From: Promethearchaeota archaeon
GTDB lineage: Archaea > Asgardarchaeota > Thorarchaeia > Thorarchaeales > Thorarchaeaceae
Assembly: GCA_014728035.1 (NCBI GenBank)
Contig: WJMJ01000027.1
Span: 1-19,566, forward strand
Reading direction: 5' to 3'
Length of the DNA stretch: 19,566 bases
Part shown: positions 7,324 to 16,333 of the stretch, in pieces
How positions within the stretch are numbered: the stretch's first letter is position 1
Layout of the letters: the number at the start of each line of letters is the position of its first letter
The notes under the pieces: generated by a model
Databases searched by the model: none
Told to the model about the DNA's origin: nothing
Seen by the model: the letters and a program-made list of their open reading frames with translations, nothing else
Made by a program: the position numbers and the translations under genes

Positions 7324-8649
7324 ATGAAAGTTAGGAAATTACCGGTCATTGTTGATGCAGTTTATTTCAATGGGTCGGAGGAATCTGCTGAACGACTTGA
7401 TCTTGATGTTTGCAAGAGTACAACAGATGGAGATGACCGCAAATATTCGATCAAGACACTTGAAGGCAGGATGGAGGTCAAGTCTGGAAGCTGGATTATC
7501 ACAGGTGTGGAAGGTGAACGCTATGCTTGTGACGATGCCATATTTATGCAGACATATGAAGGTATCTGCCCCCAGTGCAGTAATGCATTTTCATTTGAAC
7601 GCACCACTACAAAACAACGGATTGGTGATCTTTGGTGTTGTTCTCAGAAGTGTGTATTGGAATATATGAATCGCCCTGTGACGCGATCACACAAACCAGA
7701 TCTAAATATATTTAAGAATGTTGACCCAAAAGCTGAGATTGTCGAAGTAAATGAACCACCTGAGAATGTTAAAGAAGATGTGGATGAACAATCAGATGGA
7801 TCGTGTTTGGGTTGTCGAGAGAAGTCGGTATATCATACCTGTGGGAAGGAACCTTCAACGACACATGAAGAGAAACCCGTGACCCACGTCAAAGTATTAT
7901 GCCCAGAATGTGGTAGTCGAGCTTTGCGTATTGAATGTGAATCGTGCTCATGGTGTAATATCGAAGAGGAAAATGAAGAATGGTGTCAATGTGATAATCA
8001 AATTCCTAGTAATATATGTCAGCATTGTGGCAAGGAACGCCAATCGCGAAAATATCCGTTTAAGTGTATAATGTGCGGTGGGCATTTTACAAGTTATCAT
8101 CAAGATGTGACAGATAGTGTTGAGCAAGGTGGTTTGAAGGCCAAAGAATTATTTTGTTGTCCAGGATGTGAAGATCGATATTATAATAAAGGGTATATTA
8201 AACCAAATCATGATACTTTACGAAGGGCTATGAATATAATATCGGAAGCATGCGATAAATATGTATTTGGACGAGACTTTGGTGAGGAACTGACTGGACT
8301 ACTCAAAGGCCAACCATGTGATGATAAGACACGCCATGCTGTACGTGAAATTGTATTCAATCGCTTTCGTAAAACTGCAGATATAAATAAAATTAATTTT
8401 GAGGTTGTGTCTAACGCATCAGATACTATTAATATAAAACCGAAGAACCTTTACACTGCTGTTGCTCTTTACTCGGGCAATGTTGGTGAAGATATTGATC
8501 ATGAAGAAGGTGATTATCGATTGTCAGATGGCACAATCATTTCATATTCAGAGAAGTATGGCGCAGTTATTCGACCTGTCACACCATTGGAATATATCAA
8601 AGTTGGTTTTAAGATCATAGGAGATGAAATTCCACCACCAACTGCATGA
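7324..8649 (+). CDS. Mosaic protein: PGDYG-like N-terminal domain, multiple CxxC zinc ribbons and a C-terminal region resembling a tail-sheath C-terminal domain
   Basis: RKLPVIVDAV..IKTLEG..GSWIITGVEGERYACDDAIFMQTYE; many CxxC pairs; C-terminal RRAMNII..PCDDKTR..IRPVTPLEYIKVGFKI. Confidence 0.7.
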   Translation: MKVRKLPVIVDAVYFNGSEESAERLDLDVCKSTTDGDDRKYSIKTLEGRMEVKSGSWIITGVEGERYACDDAIFMQTYEGICPQCSNAFSFERTTTKQRIGDLWCCSQKCVLEYMNRPVTRSHKPDLNIFKNVDPKAEIVEVNEPPENVKEDVDEQSDGSCLGCREKSVYHTCGKEPSTTHEEKPVTHVKVLCPECGSRALRIECESCSWCNIEEENEEWCQCDNQIPSNICQHCGKERQSRKYPFKCIMCGGHFTSYHQDVTDSVEQGGLKAKELFCCPGCEDRYYNKGYIKPNHDTLRRAMNIISEACDKYVFGRDFGEELTGLLKGQPCDDKTRHAVREIVFNRFRKTADINKINFEVVSNASDTINIKPKNLYTAVALYSGNVGEDIDHEEGDYRLSDGTIISYSEKYGAVIRPVTPLEYIKVGFKIIGDEIPPPTA

Positions 8650-8677
8650 TACTAAGCCATTAACGGAGAGATTAGAT

Positions 8678-9103
8678 ATGGGATGCACTATCAAAGACTA
8701 TGAACAAGTAAATAATAAAATTTGGTGGAAGCCATGGACATGGTTCAAGAGATTGGTTATTATAAAGCAAGAAATCTGTGATTCTAAAGAGAATGCAAAT
8801 GCAAATGTGTATCCGGAAGTTTTTCTCAAGCAGGTTGATGTATCAGAATCAATCAAAATAGATCATTATCTATCCCCAATATGCGGGATTTCATATCAAG
8901 GCCCTGATAATAAACCAAAGTTTTATGGTCCTAGCATTGAACCGATTAGATGGTGGCAGTTCTGGAGATGGTATTTGATCCCGCGATATCATCGTGAGTG
9001 CAAGCATGCTTATGATAAGTTTGTTGAGGACTTCGGACAGCCACGTTCAGACAATATTATGGCTAAGGCTATGATGCATAGTGGGAGGACTGATGGTTTC
9101 TGA
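8678..9103 (+). CDS. Hypothetical protein with two Trp-rich motifs (start revised to ATG 8678)
   Basis: GGAG SD; WWKPWTW and RWWQFWRW. Confidence 0.7.
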   Translation: MGCTIKDYEQVNNKIWWKPWTWFKRLVIIKQEICDSKENANANVYPEVFLKQVDVSESIKIDHYLSPICGISYQGPDNKPKFYGPSIEPIRWWQFWRWYLIPRYHRECKHAYDKFVEDFGQPRSDNIMAKAMMHSGRTDGF

Positions 9104-9296
9104 TATTAGAAAAATAGAGGAAATCAATGAGATTATCGGAGATATGCACGAAGCTGGTGTTATTACCGACTGGGAAGTCGGATTCGTTGAAGATCAGGTT
9201 GATCGTATTATGACTTATGGCACATCAACTAAATTCACACAGAAGCAAATTAATGTCATTGATCGTATTTATGAAAAGGCTTGTGTTTGGGATTAG
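9093..9296 (+). CDS. Hypothetical protein (start revised to ATG 9093)
   Basis: GGAGG SD; TDWEVGFVE...TQKQINVIDRIY. Confidence 0.75.
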   Translation: MVSDIRKIEEINEIIGDMHEAGVITDWEVGFVEDQVDRIMTYGTSTKFTQKQINVIDRIYEKACVWD

Positions 9297-9347
9297 ATAT
9301 TTATTACTTTTATATTCAAACAAGCCATTATCTGCGGTGGATTAAAT

Positions 9348-9698
9348 ATGACTTGTTATACTTTACGAGAATTAGGTGCTACGCCAGAAATCAAACCAAT
9401 CATTCGAACAGCATGGGCGCTTTGGGTGTGCTATTACTATTTGTTGGATACGAGTTCACCATCATTGCCGGACAATGGATATGATATTCTGGGGCGTTCT
9501 AGACAGCTTCGCATGCGTTTAGACAATATTGCCTCAGAATACCACATTGATGAGAATACGATGAATTCGGCAAGAGACACAGTGGTTGATGTTACTAAAT
9601 TAAAAGAAGATCGTCTTTTGGCGTGGATGCACCAAGAGCAATGGCATAAGATATACCTTCCCTTATTTCAACTCGGTCGAATTCCTCGAATGTATTAG
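9348..9698 (+). CDS. Possible stand-alone NAD-dependent DNA ligase subdomain-Ia-like protein
   Basis: YYYLLDTSSPSLPDNGYDIL resembles the LigA Ia motif YY..D.P.(I)sD..YD.L. Confidence 0.45.
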   Translation: MTCYTLRELGATPEIKPIIRTAWALWVCYYYLLDTSSPSLPDNGYDILGRSRQLRMRLDNIASEYHIDENTMNSARDTVVDVTKLKEDRLLAWMHQEQWHKIYLPLFQLGRIPRMY

Positions 9699-9713
9699 TG
9701 CTAAGGAGAATAT

Positions 9714-10199
9714 ATGTCAACAAATGATGTTCCTGGTCACAAAGCATGCAATTATGATGAGCTTTGTATGGGGTGTTGGGCCGAACACGAAGATGGAAGT
9801 CTGATTTTTGTCCAATCAACAGAAAGTGGACAAGTAGTTTATTCAGTGTTTGATATGTCAAAAAAGCCTCCTATGGAATACCGTGATCGTATGCGTGAGA
9901 GCGGGTTTAAAAAGCATTTTTCATGGGATCCAGATGATAAGGTATCGCTCAAATGGACATGGCATGATAAAACACCATTTCCTTGGAATAAGGTTATTGA
10001 ATCTGGACTTCCTGATGGTGTCCGCCACGCATGTGCCCAGCATTTGTTAACTGCTGCTGAGCAGGTGGCTCAATCCAGAGATATGATAGGTGAGCCTGTT
10101 CCTGAAAATAAATATACCCATCTGGGTGAACGCTTGACTAAAGCTGGGAAGGCCATACTCAAAGGAATTCAAGTAGCTGTAAGTGAATTGGAGACATAG
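9714..10199 (+). CDS. Hypothetical protein
   Basis: 161 aa, AGGAG SD. Confidence 0.85.
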   Translation: MSTNDVPGHKACNYDELCMGCWAEHEDGSLIFVQSTESGQVVYSVFDMSKKPPMEYRDRMRESGFKKHFSWDPDDKVSLKWTWHDKTPFPWNKVIESGLPDGVRHACAQHLLTAAEQVAQSRDMIGEPVPENKYTHLGERLTKAGKAILKGIQVAVSELET

Positions 10200-10202
10200 T
10201 AG

Positions 10203-10496
10203 ATGGCGAATTCTAAAGTTCGCACAGACATGCACTGCACACATTGCTCAAAGAATTTTATTGCTGAACTAGATTATTCTATAGATGGTGACCATGTTCT
10301 TGAATGTCCGCACTGTGCTCATGAGCATTGTCGGGTGATAAGACAAGGAAAGATTACATCCGATAGATGGTCATCACGAAGTCACAGAGATAATGCAATT
10401 TTGTGCAGGGTGTGGAAACATAATGTTTTAGAAATGAAGACTTCGACAGCTTGTAATTTTATACGATCCAAATGGTTAGATTTAGGCGTTGATTAA
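10203..10496 (+). CDS. Zinc-ribbon hypothetical protein
   Basis: HCTHC...ECPHCAHEHCR; TAATG overlap with the next gene. Confidence 0.8.
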   Translation: MANSKVRTDMHCTHCSKNFIAELDYSIDGDHVLECPHCAHEHCRVIRQGKITSDRWSSRSHRDNAILCRVWKHNVLEMKTSTACNFIRSKWLDLGVD

Positions 10497-11119
10497 TGAT
10501 ACAATATATGGGTACATATACCTTGGGATTGGATCATAGTTCAACTTCAAGTTGTACAAATCTTAGTGATTGTACAAGCAATATTGATAGTAGTTCAGTT
10601 TATCTTGTTAATGATCGCTATGGAACATATCAGAATCGCATTAGGGACAAGGTACAAATCGACCTTGGTACTGCAGTTAAAATCGAAATGGCAGACAAAT
10701 CTGTCATATCGGTGGAAAAAGATGGAAGTTATCAAATAATAGATAAAGATGCGAAAGTTACTTATAAAGCGTGTCGTATACGTGAATTCAATAGATATAT
10801 TAATGCAAGTGATTTGATTGAAGAATTTATCCGTTTTGTTGGCAAATTAGGAATAAAACAGAGTCAAGTACTACACATACCGATTGAATATTTTATTTAT
10901 TTTCTTGTGTTCAGATCAGCCGAGGAGGATGGTTTAGATGGAACACAAGAGAAGAACAAGATTATTGAAGATAAGGGTTTGTTTATAAAGCATTGTGATA
11001 AGTACAGATGTTTGTGTTGTGGGCGATTTATTTCTGTGTATAATGCATCTAATGGATTTGATTTTTGTTCTGCCATTTGTTCTGTTGCTTATGCTGAAAA
11101 ATTATCGATTGGTGCTTGA
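10496..11119 (+). CDS. Hypothetical protein with Ser/Thr-rich N-terminus and C-terminal CxxC..FCSxxC zinc finger
   Basis: 207 aa; RCLCCGRF...FCSAIC. Confidence 0.8.
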   Translation: MIQYMGTYTLGLDHSSTSSCTNLSDCTSNIDSSSVYLVNDRYGTYQNRIRDKVQIDLGTAVKIEMADKSVISVEKDGSYQIIDKDAKVTYKACRIREFNRYINASDLIEEFIRFVGKLGIKQSQVLHIPIEYFIYFLVFRSAEEDGLDGTQEKNKIIEDKGLFIKHCDKYRCLCCGRFISVYNASNGFDFCSAICSVAYAEKLSIGA

Positions 11120-11124
11120 ATCGG

Positions 11125-11412
11125 ATGAAATGTTTGCAATGTGGATATTGTTGTATAAATTATGCAGTTGTAATTGTGGATGATCCCTCAAAGGGAATTT
11201 CTGAGAATAATCTTATATTTAAACATAGTGGTTCTCCCTGCAAACATTTGTTTGGTGACAAACCTGGAAGATATGCGTGTTTATTACACGATTATGATTG
11301 GTACCATAATACACCATGTTTTTCACATGGGCAAATAGAGAAAGGCGATCAAGATTGTCGCATGGGCAGATTTGTCTTAGGAGGAGGTCTTGAAGATAAA
11401 AATAATAAGTGA
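11125..11412 (+). CDS. YkgJ-family (CxxCxxCC) cysteine-cluster protein
   Basis: MKCLQCGYCC...PCKHL...CLLHD...PC. Alternative TTG start at 11116. Confidence 0.7.
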   Translation: MKCLQCGYCCINYAVVIVDDPSKGISENNLIFKHSGSPCKHLFGDKPGRYACLLHDYDWYHNTPCFSHGQIEKGDQDCRMGRFVLGGGLEDKNNK

Positions 11413-11435
11413 ATTCTATTTATTAGGAGATAGTG

Positions 11436-11765
11436 ATGGCCAAGGGACGTATAGATGAAGATGTTGAAGTTATTCTTGACGGAAATAAATATTTGCTCCA
11501 AGAAGGTGATATTGTGGAAATATATGCACCATCAGTCAGTGGTTCGATTTTACAAAAATTGTTAGCGTGGGATATTAAGGGTAATGCTGCTGATGATGGG
11601 CCAGCATTGACCATGGCACACAATATTATTATGGGTGACTATCCAGTTAAAGACAAAATTCTGGCTATTAAGAAGCTTGATGAAATTATGGGTGTTGAAT
11701 CAGAAGATCCTATCACGGAGAAAGATGTAATCGAATATATGAGTGAGCACGATGCACAAACATAA
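11436..11765 (+). CDS. Hypothetical protein, paralogue of ORF 18..399
   Basis: AGGAG SD (GTG 11433 or ATG 11436); VILDGNKYLLQEGD and DDGPAL..ILAIKKLDEI shared with the first ORF. Confidence 0.8.
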   Translation: MAKGRIDEDVEVILDGNKYLLQEGDIVEIYAPSVSGSILQKLLAWDIKGNAADDGPALTMAHNIIMGDYPVKDKILAIKKLDEIMGVESEDPITEKDVIEYMSEHDAQT

Positions 11766-11943
11766 ATATTCTATGCGAATCACATTTGATCTTGAATGTA
11801 TTGATGATATTGAAGCAAGAAAATTAGTGCAGAAAATTATGCCTATGATTGAAATTAGGTCGGCAGAATTAAATCTCAAAAATTGCAAATACAAATTGAG
11901 TGAAGTATTTGATCATAAACAGCCTCGTAGCATAAAATTATAG
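11752..11943 (+). CDS. Hypothetical protein
   Basis: ORF fills the gap between neighbours; start uncertain (11743, 11752 or 11773). Confidence 0.65.
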   Translation: MHKHKYSMRITFDLECIDDIEARKLVQKIMPMIEIRSAELNLKNCKYKLSEVFDHKQPRSIKL

Positions 11944-11952
11944 AGATGTAAA

Positions 11953-12300
11953 ATGAAGTTAGATGATTCATGGGTGGATGAAGGGCAGGTGCAGCAATTA
12001 TTCCAATCAGAACTTGATATTAAATATGCTGCATATCTTGACCGTAATGATGATGTAATTTCTTATCGATATCGATTCGTCCCAATAATATATTTTGATC
12101 ATGTGACTGGCGATGAATTAATATATTATATCGGATTTGACATAGAATATATTAGTGGGCGTGAATGGGTGGAAGCGGTGCCACCATCAGAAATGCGACC
12201 AGAAGACAAATATTTATATGCGCACAACATTGCTTTATCCCATGGGATAATATTTAGGGGATTGAAAGGTGAAGAAATGAATTCTATGGAGTCAGAATGA
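11953..12300 (+). CDS. Hypothetical protein
   Basis: 115 aa, ATGA overlap with the next gene. Confidence 0.75.
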   Translation: MKLDDSWVDEGQVQQLFQSELDIKYAAYLDRNDDVISYRYRFVPIIYFDHVTGDELIYYIGFDIEYISGREWVEAVPPSEMRPEDKYLYAHNIALSHGIIFRGLKGEEMNSMESE

Positions 12301-12494
12301 ATGCGCAAAGAGAGAACTACCATATTGCTGTTGAACGTAGAATTGTAAATGTGGCTGGTCTAGGTGAAGATAGTCATATGGTTGAGTTTTTTGATTTGCT
12401 TATTGATGGAGACAGGGCGACACCACAAGCATTTTGTAGGAATGAAATGATCAAAATGAAGGAAGAGATCATAAAAGCATTGACAGAGCAATGA
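12297..12494 (+). CDS. Hypothetical protein
   Basis: GGAG SD, ATGA overlaps at both ends. Confidence 0.7.
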   Translation: MNAQRENYHIAVERRIVNVAGLGEDSHMVEFFDLLIDGDRATPQAFCRNEMIKMKEEIIKALTEQ

Positions 12495-12865
12495 CAAACA
12501 AAAACGATGCGTTTGATGCTCTGTCACGAATGTCTGGGCTACGTCATGATCAGATTGATGATATATGGTTAGAGGTAAAAGAAAACCAGAAATTATTAAA
12601 TGAATGTGATCGGCCACACCTGTTTCGTCCCATAGATAAAGACAAATATCTAACACGTGAATATCAATGCTCTAAATGCAATGGTAGGATATCATCTCGG
12701 GAGGCTCGATGGTATAATGATGGTTTGCGCGATGCTTATAGTGTTATGATCCAGGAACCGCTTAAGAGAGCAGCATTATGTTGTAACTCTTGTGCCAGGA
12801 TGCTTATAGAAGGCGAACACATGATTTGTCAAGATTGTGAGCGGAAAATCGCAAATGGGAGATGA
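12491..12865 (+). CDS. Zinc-finger hypothetical protein
   Basis: CSKC, CNSC and CQDC motifs. Confidence 0.75.
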   Translation: MTNKNDAFDALSRMSGLRHDQIDDIWLEVKENQKLLNECDRPHLFRPIDKDKYLTREYQCSKCNGRISSREARWYNDGLRDAYSVMIQEPLKRAALCCNSCARMLIEGEHMICQDCERKIANGR

Positions 12866-13076
12866 AGCAGACAGACATATAGAACAGGGAATGATGCCAT
12901 GTGGTGGGTTGGGTCCTGATCCTGATGAATGTGATGTAGTATGTGCCCATTGTAAAACACCAATTTATCTAGATAGTAGATATGTATGGCGACATGTTGA
13001 ATATATTTCATGGTGTCGTACTAAAGCTGTGGGACCTGGAGAAAAATGTTTCTGTGGTATTGATCATAGGGAGTAA
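12855..13076 (+). CDS. Small Cys-rich hypothetical protein (start revised to ATG 12855)
   Basis: MGDEAD...CAHCKTPI. Confidence 0.65.
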   Translation: MGDEADRHIEQGMMPCGGLGPDPDECDVVCAHCKTPIYLDSRYVWRHVEYISWCRTKAVGPGEKCFCGIDHRE

Positions 13077-13079
13077 TTG

Positions 13080-13859
13080 ATGAAAATAGCAGTTATTGGT
13101 TGTTATGGGTATGTAGGTAGGGCTTATTATTCATTTTTTAAAAGACGCTACCAAGTAATTGGTTATGATATAGCCGTACCAACAGATCTCTCATCAGGTG
13201 CACCATATTCAAAAGATGCAGTAAATAAATGCGATATGGCAGTAATATGCGTGCCAACTCCGATGAGAGATGATGGTTATTGTGATACCAGTATAGTAGA
13301 TGAAGTATTATCATGGTTGGAACATGATTTGATTTTAATTAAATCAACCATTAGTCCAGATTTTGCCAAGAAATTGGATGATCGTTGTGTATTTAGCCCG
13401 GAATATATAGGTGAAGGTGGTTATGTAGTTGAATGGTGGAACAACAAACCACACCCAACAGATCCAGCATATCATAATTTCCACATCTTTGGTGGCCAAA
13501 GATCACAGACCCAGAAATGCGTTGATGTGTTCCAAAAGATTGCTGGTGCACGTTGTAGATATTTTCAGACAGACGCTATGACCGCATGCTTAGTGAAGTA
13601 TATGGAAAATAGTTATATAGGAACAATAGTAACGTTCTGCAACCATTGGTTTAATATTTGTGAACAATTTGGTGTTGATTACAGAGAGGCACGTGAATTA
13701 TTATTAGCAGATGAACGAATGAACAGAGAATTTACATGTGTATATCCAGACAGTCGTGGGTTTGGAGGCAAGTGTCTGCCTAAAGACATATCTGCAATAG
13801 CCAGATCATCTGGAGACACATTTATGCAGGCCCTTCTTGACAACAATAATTATGAATAA
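13080..13859 (+). CDS. ugd: UDP-glucose/GDP-mannose dehydrogenase family protein, short form without the C-terminal UDP-binding domain
   Basis: Rossmann IAVIGCYGYVG, ICVPTP, IKSTI, FSPEY, KYMEN (catalytic Lys) and GFGGKCLPKD (catalytic Cys). Confidence 0.85.
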   Translation: MKIAVIGCYGYVGRAYYSFFKRRYQVIGYDIAVPTDLSSGAPYSKDAVNKCDMAVICVPTPMRDDGYCDTSIVDEVLSWLEHDLILIKSTISPDFAKKLDDRCVFSPEYIGEGGYVVEWWNNKPHPTDPAYHNFHIFGGQRSQTQKCVDVFQKIAGARCRYFQTDAMTACLVKYMENSYIGTIVTFCNHWFNICEQFGVDYREARELLLADERMNREFTCVYPDSRGFGGKCLPKDISAIARSSGDTFMQALLDNNNYE

Positions 13860-14248
13860 TATTGACATATCAAGCATTGTAGATCATGTTGAGGAAGAAC
13901 TCAGCAGAGAATCACTATTTTCATTTATTGATGATCCGGTATGTGAAGCACCAGAAGGCATGTTGGTATCTCACACACAACTTGGCATTGGATATGTATT
14001 ACGAAGAGTGGATTCTACACAAAACAGATATGTGTGGATTTGATAACACCAAAAACACACTGGTCGCATTTATTGGATATTCACCAGTTGTTTTGTGTGA
14101 AAACGAATCACTCAAAATGGTCAAAATAAACATGATTCGTTGGAGATCATTGCTTGACGAGTCTGACATATTCACTGAAGATAACTGGTTTGCACCAGCA
14201 TCATTACAGAATAATATTACAAAAAGACAAGAACACGAATTAGAATAG
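13852..14248 (+). pseudogene. Probable single SH3/Tudor-like hypothetical gene broken by a frameshift near 14021-14035 (or two overlapping small ORFs)
   Basis: ORF 13852..14043 ends mid-motif (EGMLVSHTQLGIGYVL). The overlapping frame continues DMCGFDNTKNTLVAF..VLCENESL to TAG 14248. An AAAA run and GT repeats lie at the junction. Confidence 0.4.
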
Positions 14249-14305
14249 TATAATTATCGGGCGATATATACAGACACACATTTATTACTTATTGTGGAGA
14301 TCCAT

Positions 14306-16327
14306 ATGTTAGATTTTAATAAGTTGAAGAAAGCCGTACATAAGCAATTATCAATTATGTCAGAAGACAATCTGTTTAGGACTGACACAGACAAGGATGA
14401 AATTTGGGATGTTTATCTTAGTTCATTTCCAGATGGATCTGATCCAATCCACAAAGAACGCACAGAACATGATTGTCAGTGTTGTAAGCAGTTCATAAAA
14501 AATTATGGCAATATTGTCTCTATAATTGATAATAAAAAAGTGTCTGTGTGGAATTTCAAAATAAATGATGAATCATATCAGATGGTTATTGATACGCTGG
14601 CCAGATATGTTGAATCTAAATCTGTACATCTGCCATTTTATACTACAAGTCAAACTGCTGGATGTGATTTCAATCATGGTTTATCAGATGATGGTGATGC
14701 GATCAGATATGATCATTTCTACTTCAAATTTCCCAGGTCGTTTGTGATTAGATCTGATGATATTGGCAAGAGAATCTCTGAGGATGTATCCACGGTAAAC
14801 GTATTCCGTCGTGGTCTTGAAGAAATCACAATGGATGCTGTTGAAACAGTTATGGAACTGATAGATCAGAACAGTATCTATCGCGGCGAAGAAAATAGGG
14901 GTATCATAGAAGTTTTTGCAAAGCATAAAATGGAATATATTGAAATTAATGACGACGATGCCAAAAACAATTATGTATGGTTTGTGGCATCTAAGATTGG
15001 TGGTACTGCACGCATACGGAATACAGCCATTGGTACGCTTCTCACGAACCTTTCTGAGGGAACTGAACTGGATTCTGCAGTGTCTGCATTCGAAAAGATG
15101 GTCGCGCCTACAAATTATAAGCGACCCAAAGCTCTTGTCACCAAAGCAATGATTAAGAATGCACAGGATAAAGTGGAGAAGCTTGGGTTATCATCAGCAT
15201 TGTCTAGGCGTTATGCGGTAATGGACGACCTAACTATTAATAATGTGATATTTGCAGATCGTGCAGCCAAGAAAGAAATGAATGTCTTCGATGAATTGAT
15301 GAATGAAGTTCCAGACAACCCGAAGAATTTTAAGAAAGTGGAAGAAGTAGGCATAGACACATTCATTAATGATATCGTACCCAAGTCAGAGACCATCGAG
15401 CTACATCTTGAAAACAGACATGAACCCAATCTTGTTAGTCTTATTGCACCGGTCAACACAGATGTTAAGCCATTGTTCAAATGGCGCAACAACTTCTCAT
15501 GGTCTTATAATGGTGAAGTTGCGGATTCTATTATTAGAGAACGTGTGAAGAATGCTGGTGGTAATGTCAATGGAGTTCTTCGTTTTAGCATTCAGTGGAA
15601 TGAAGATGGCAATAACCAGAATGACTTTGACGCTCATTGTTATGAACCAGGTAATCACATATGGTTTCAGAATAAAGGACATATCCACCCATCATCTGGT
15701 ATGTTGGATGTAGATATTATACATCCTGACAAAGACCCTGCCGTTGAGAATATCACCTGGACTAGCTTAGCCAAAATGAAGGAAGGAACTTATAAATTCC
15801 TTGTCCATTGTTATAGTTATCGTGGGGGTCGCACTGGATTTACAGCAGAAATTGAATATGATGGCATTATCCACACATTTGTATATGATAAAGAACTTCG
15901 TCAGGATGAGGAAATAATTGTTGCCGAATGTGATTTTAACAAGGTTGATGGCATTAAATTCAACAGATCATTACCATCTACGGTAGCAACTAAAGAATTT
16001 TGGGGTATTAGCACGAACCAGTTCCATAAAGTCCGTGTAATAATGAATTCACCGAATCACTGGGATGGGGAGAAGACAGGCAATAAGCATTGGTTCTTTA
16101 TGCTTGAAAATTGCCGTAGTCCATGGAAATCTCGTGGATTTTTCAATGAATTCCTAAGTAATGAATTGACTGAACATCGTAAAGTGTTTGAGGTTCTTGG
16201 TTCTAAGATGAAAGCTGAACCTAGTGATGAGCAGCTAAGTGGTCTGGGATTTTCATCTACCAAGAGAAATTCTGTGCTATGTCGAGTGACAGGAAAAAGT
16301 TCTCGTATTGTCAAAATATTGTTTTAG
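14306..16327 (+). CDS. Large phage protein with HDCxCC motif and a YfaP/DUF2135-like domain (start revised to ATG 14306)
   Basis: GGAG SD at 14296-14299; EHDCQCCKQF; LRFSIQWN..NDFDAHCYEP..LDVD..PAVENITW; SPNHW..GNKHWFF; SGLGFSST. Confidence 0.85.
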   Translation: MLDFNKLKKAVHKQLSIMSEDNLFRTDTDKDEIWDVYLSSFPDGSDPIHKERTEHDCQCCKQFIKNYGNIVSIIDNKKVSVWNFKINDESYQMVIDTLARYVESKSVHLPFYTTSQTAGCDFNHGLSDDGDAIRYDHFYFKFPRSFVIRSDDIGKRISEDVSTVNVFRRGLEEITMDAVETVMELIDQNSIYRGEENRGIIEVFAKHKMEYIEINDDDAKNNYVWFVASKIGGTARIRNTAIGTLLTNLSEGTELDSAVSAFEKMVAPTNYKRPKALVTKAMIKNAQDKVEKLGLSSALSRRYAVMDDLTINNVIFADRAAKKEMNVFDELMNEVPDNPKNFKKVEEVGIDTFINDIVPKSETIELHLENRHEPNLVSLIAPVNTDVKPLFKWRNNFSWSYNGEVADSIIRERVKNAGGNVNGVLRFSIQWNEDGNNQNDFDAHCYEPGNHIWFQNKGHIHPSSGMLDVDIIHPDKDPAVENITWTSLAKMKEGTYKFLVHCYSYRGGRTGFTAEIEYDGIIHTFVYDKELRQDEEIIVAECDFNKVDGIKFNRSLPSTVATKEFWGISTNQFHKVRVIMNSPNHWDGEKTGNKHWFFMLENCRSPWKSRGFFNEFLSNELTEHRKVFEVLGSKMKAEPSDEQLSGLGFSSTKRNSVLCRVTGKSSRIVKILF

Positions 16328-16333
16328 AAGGAG

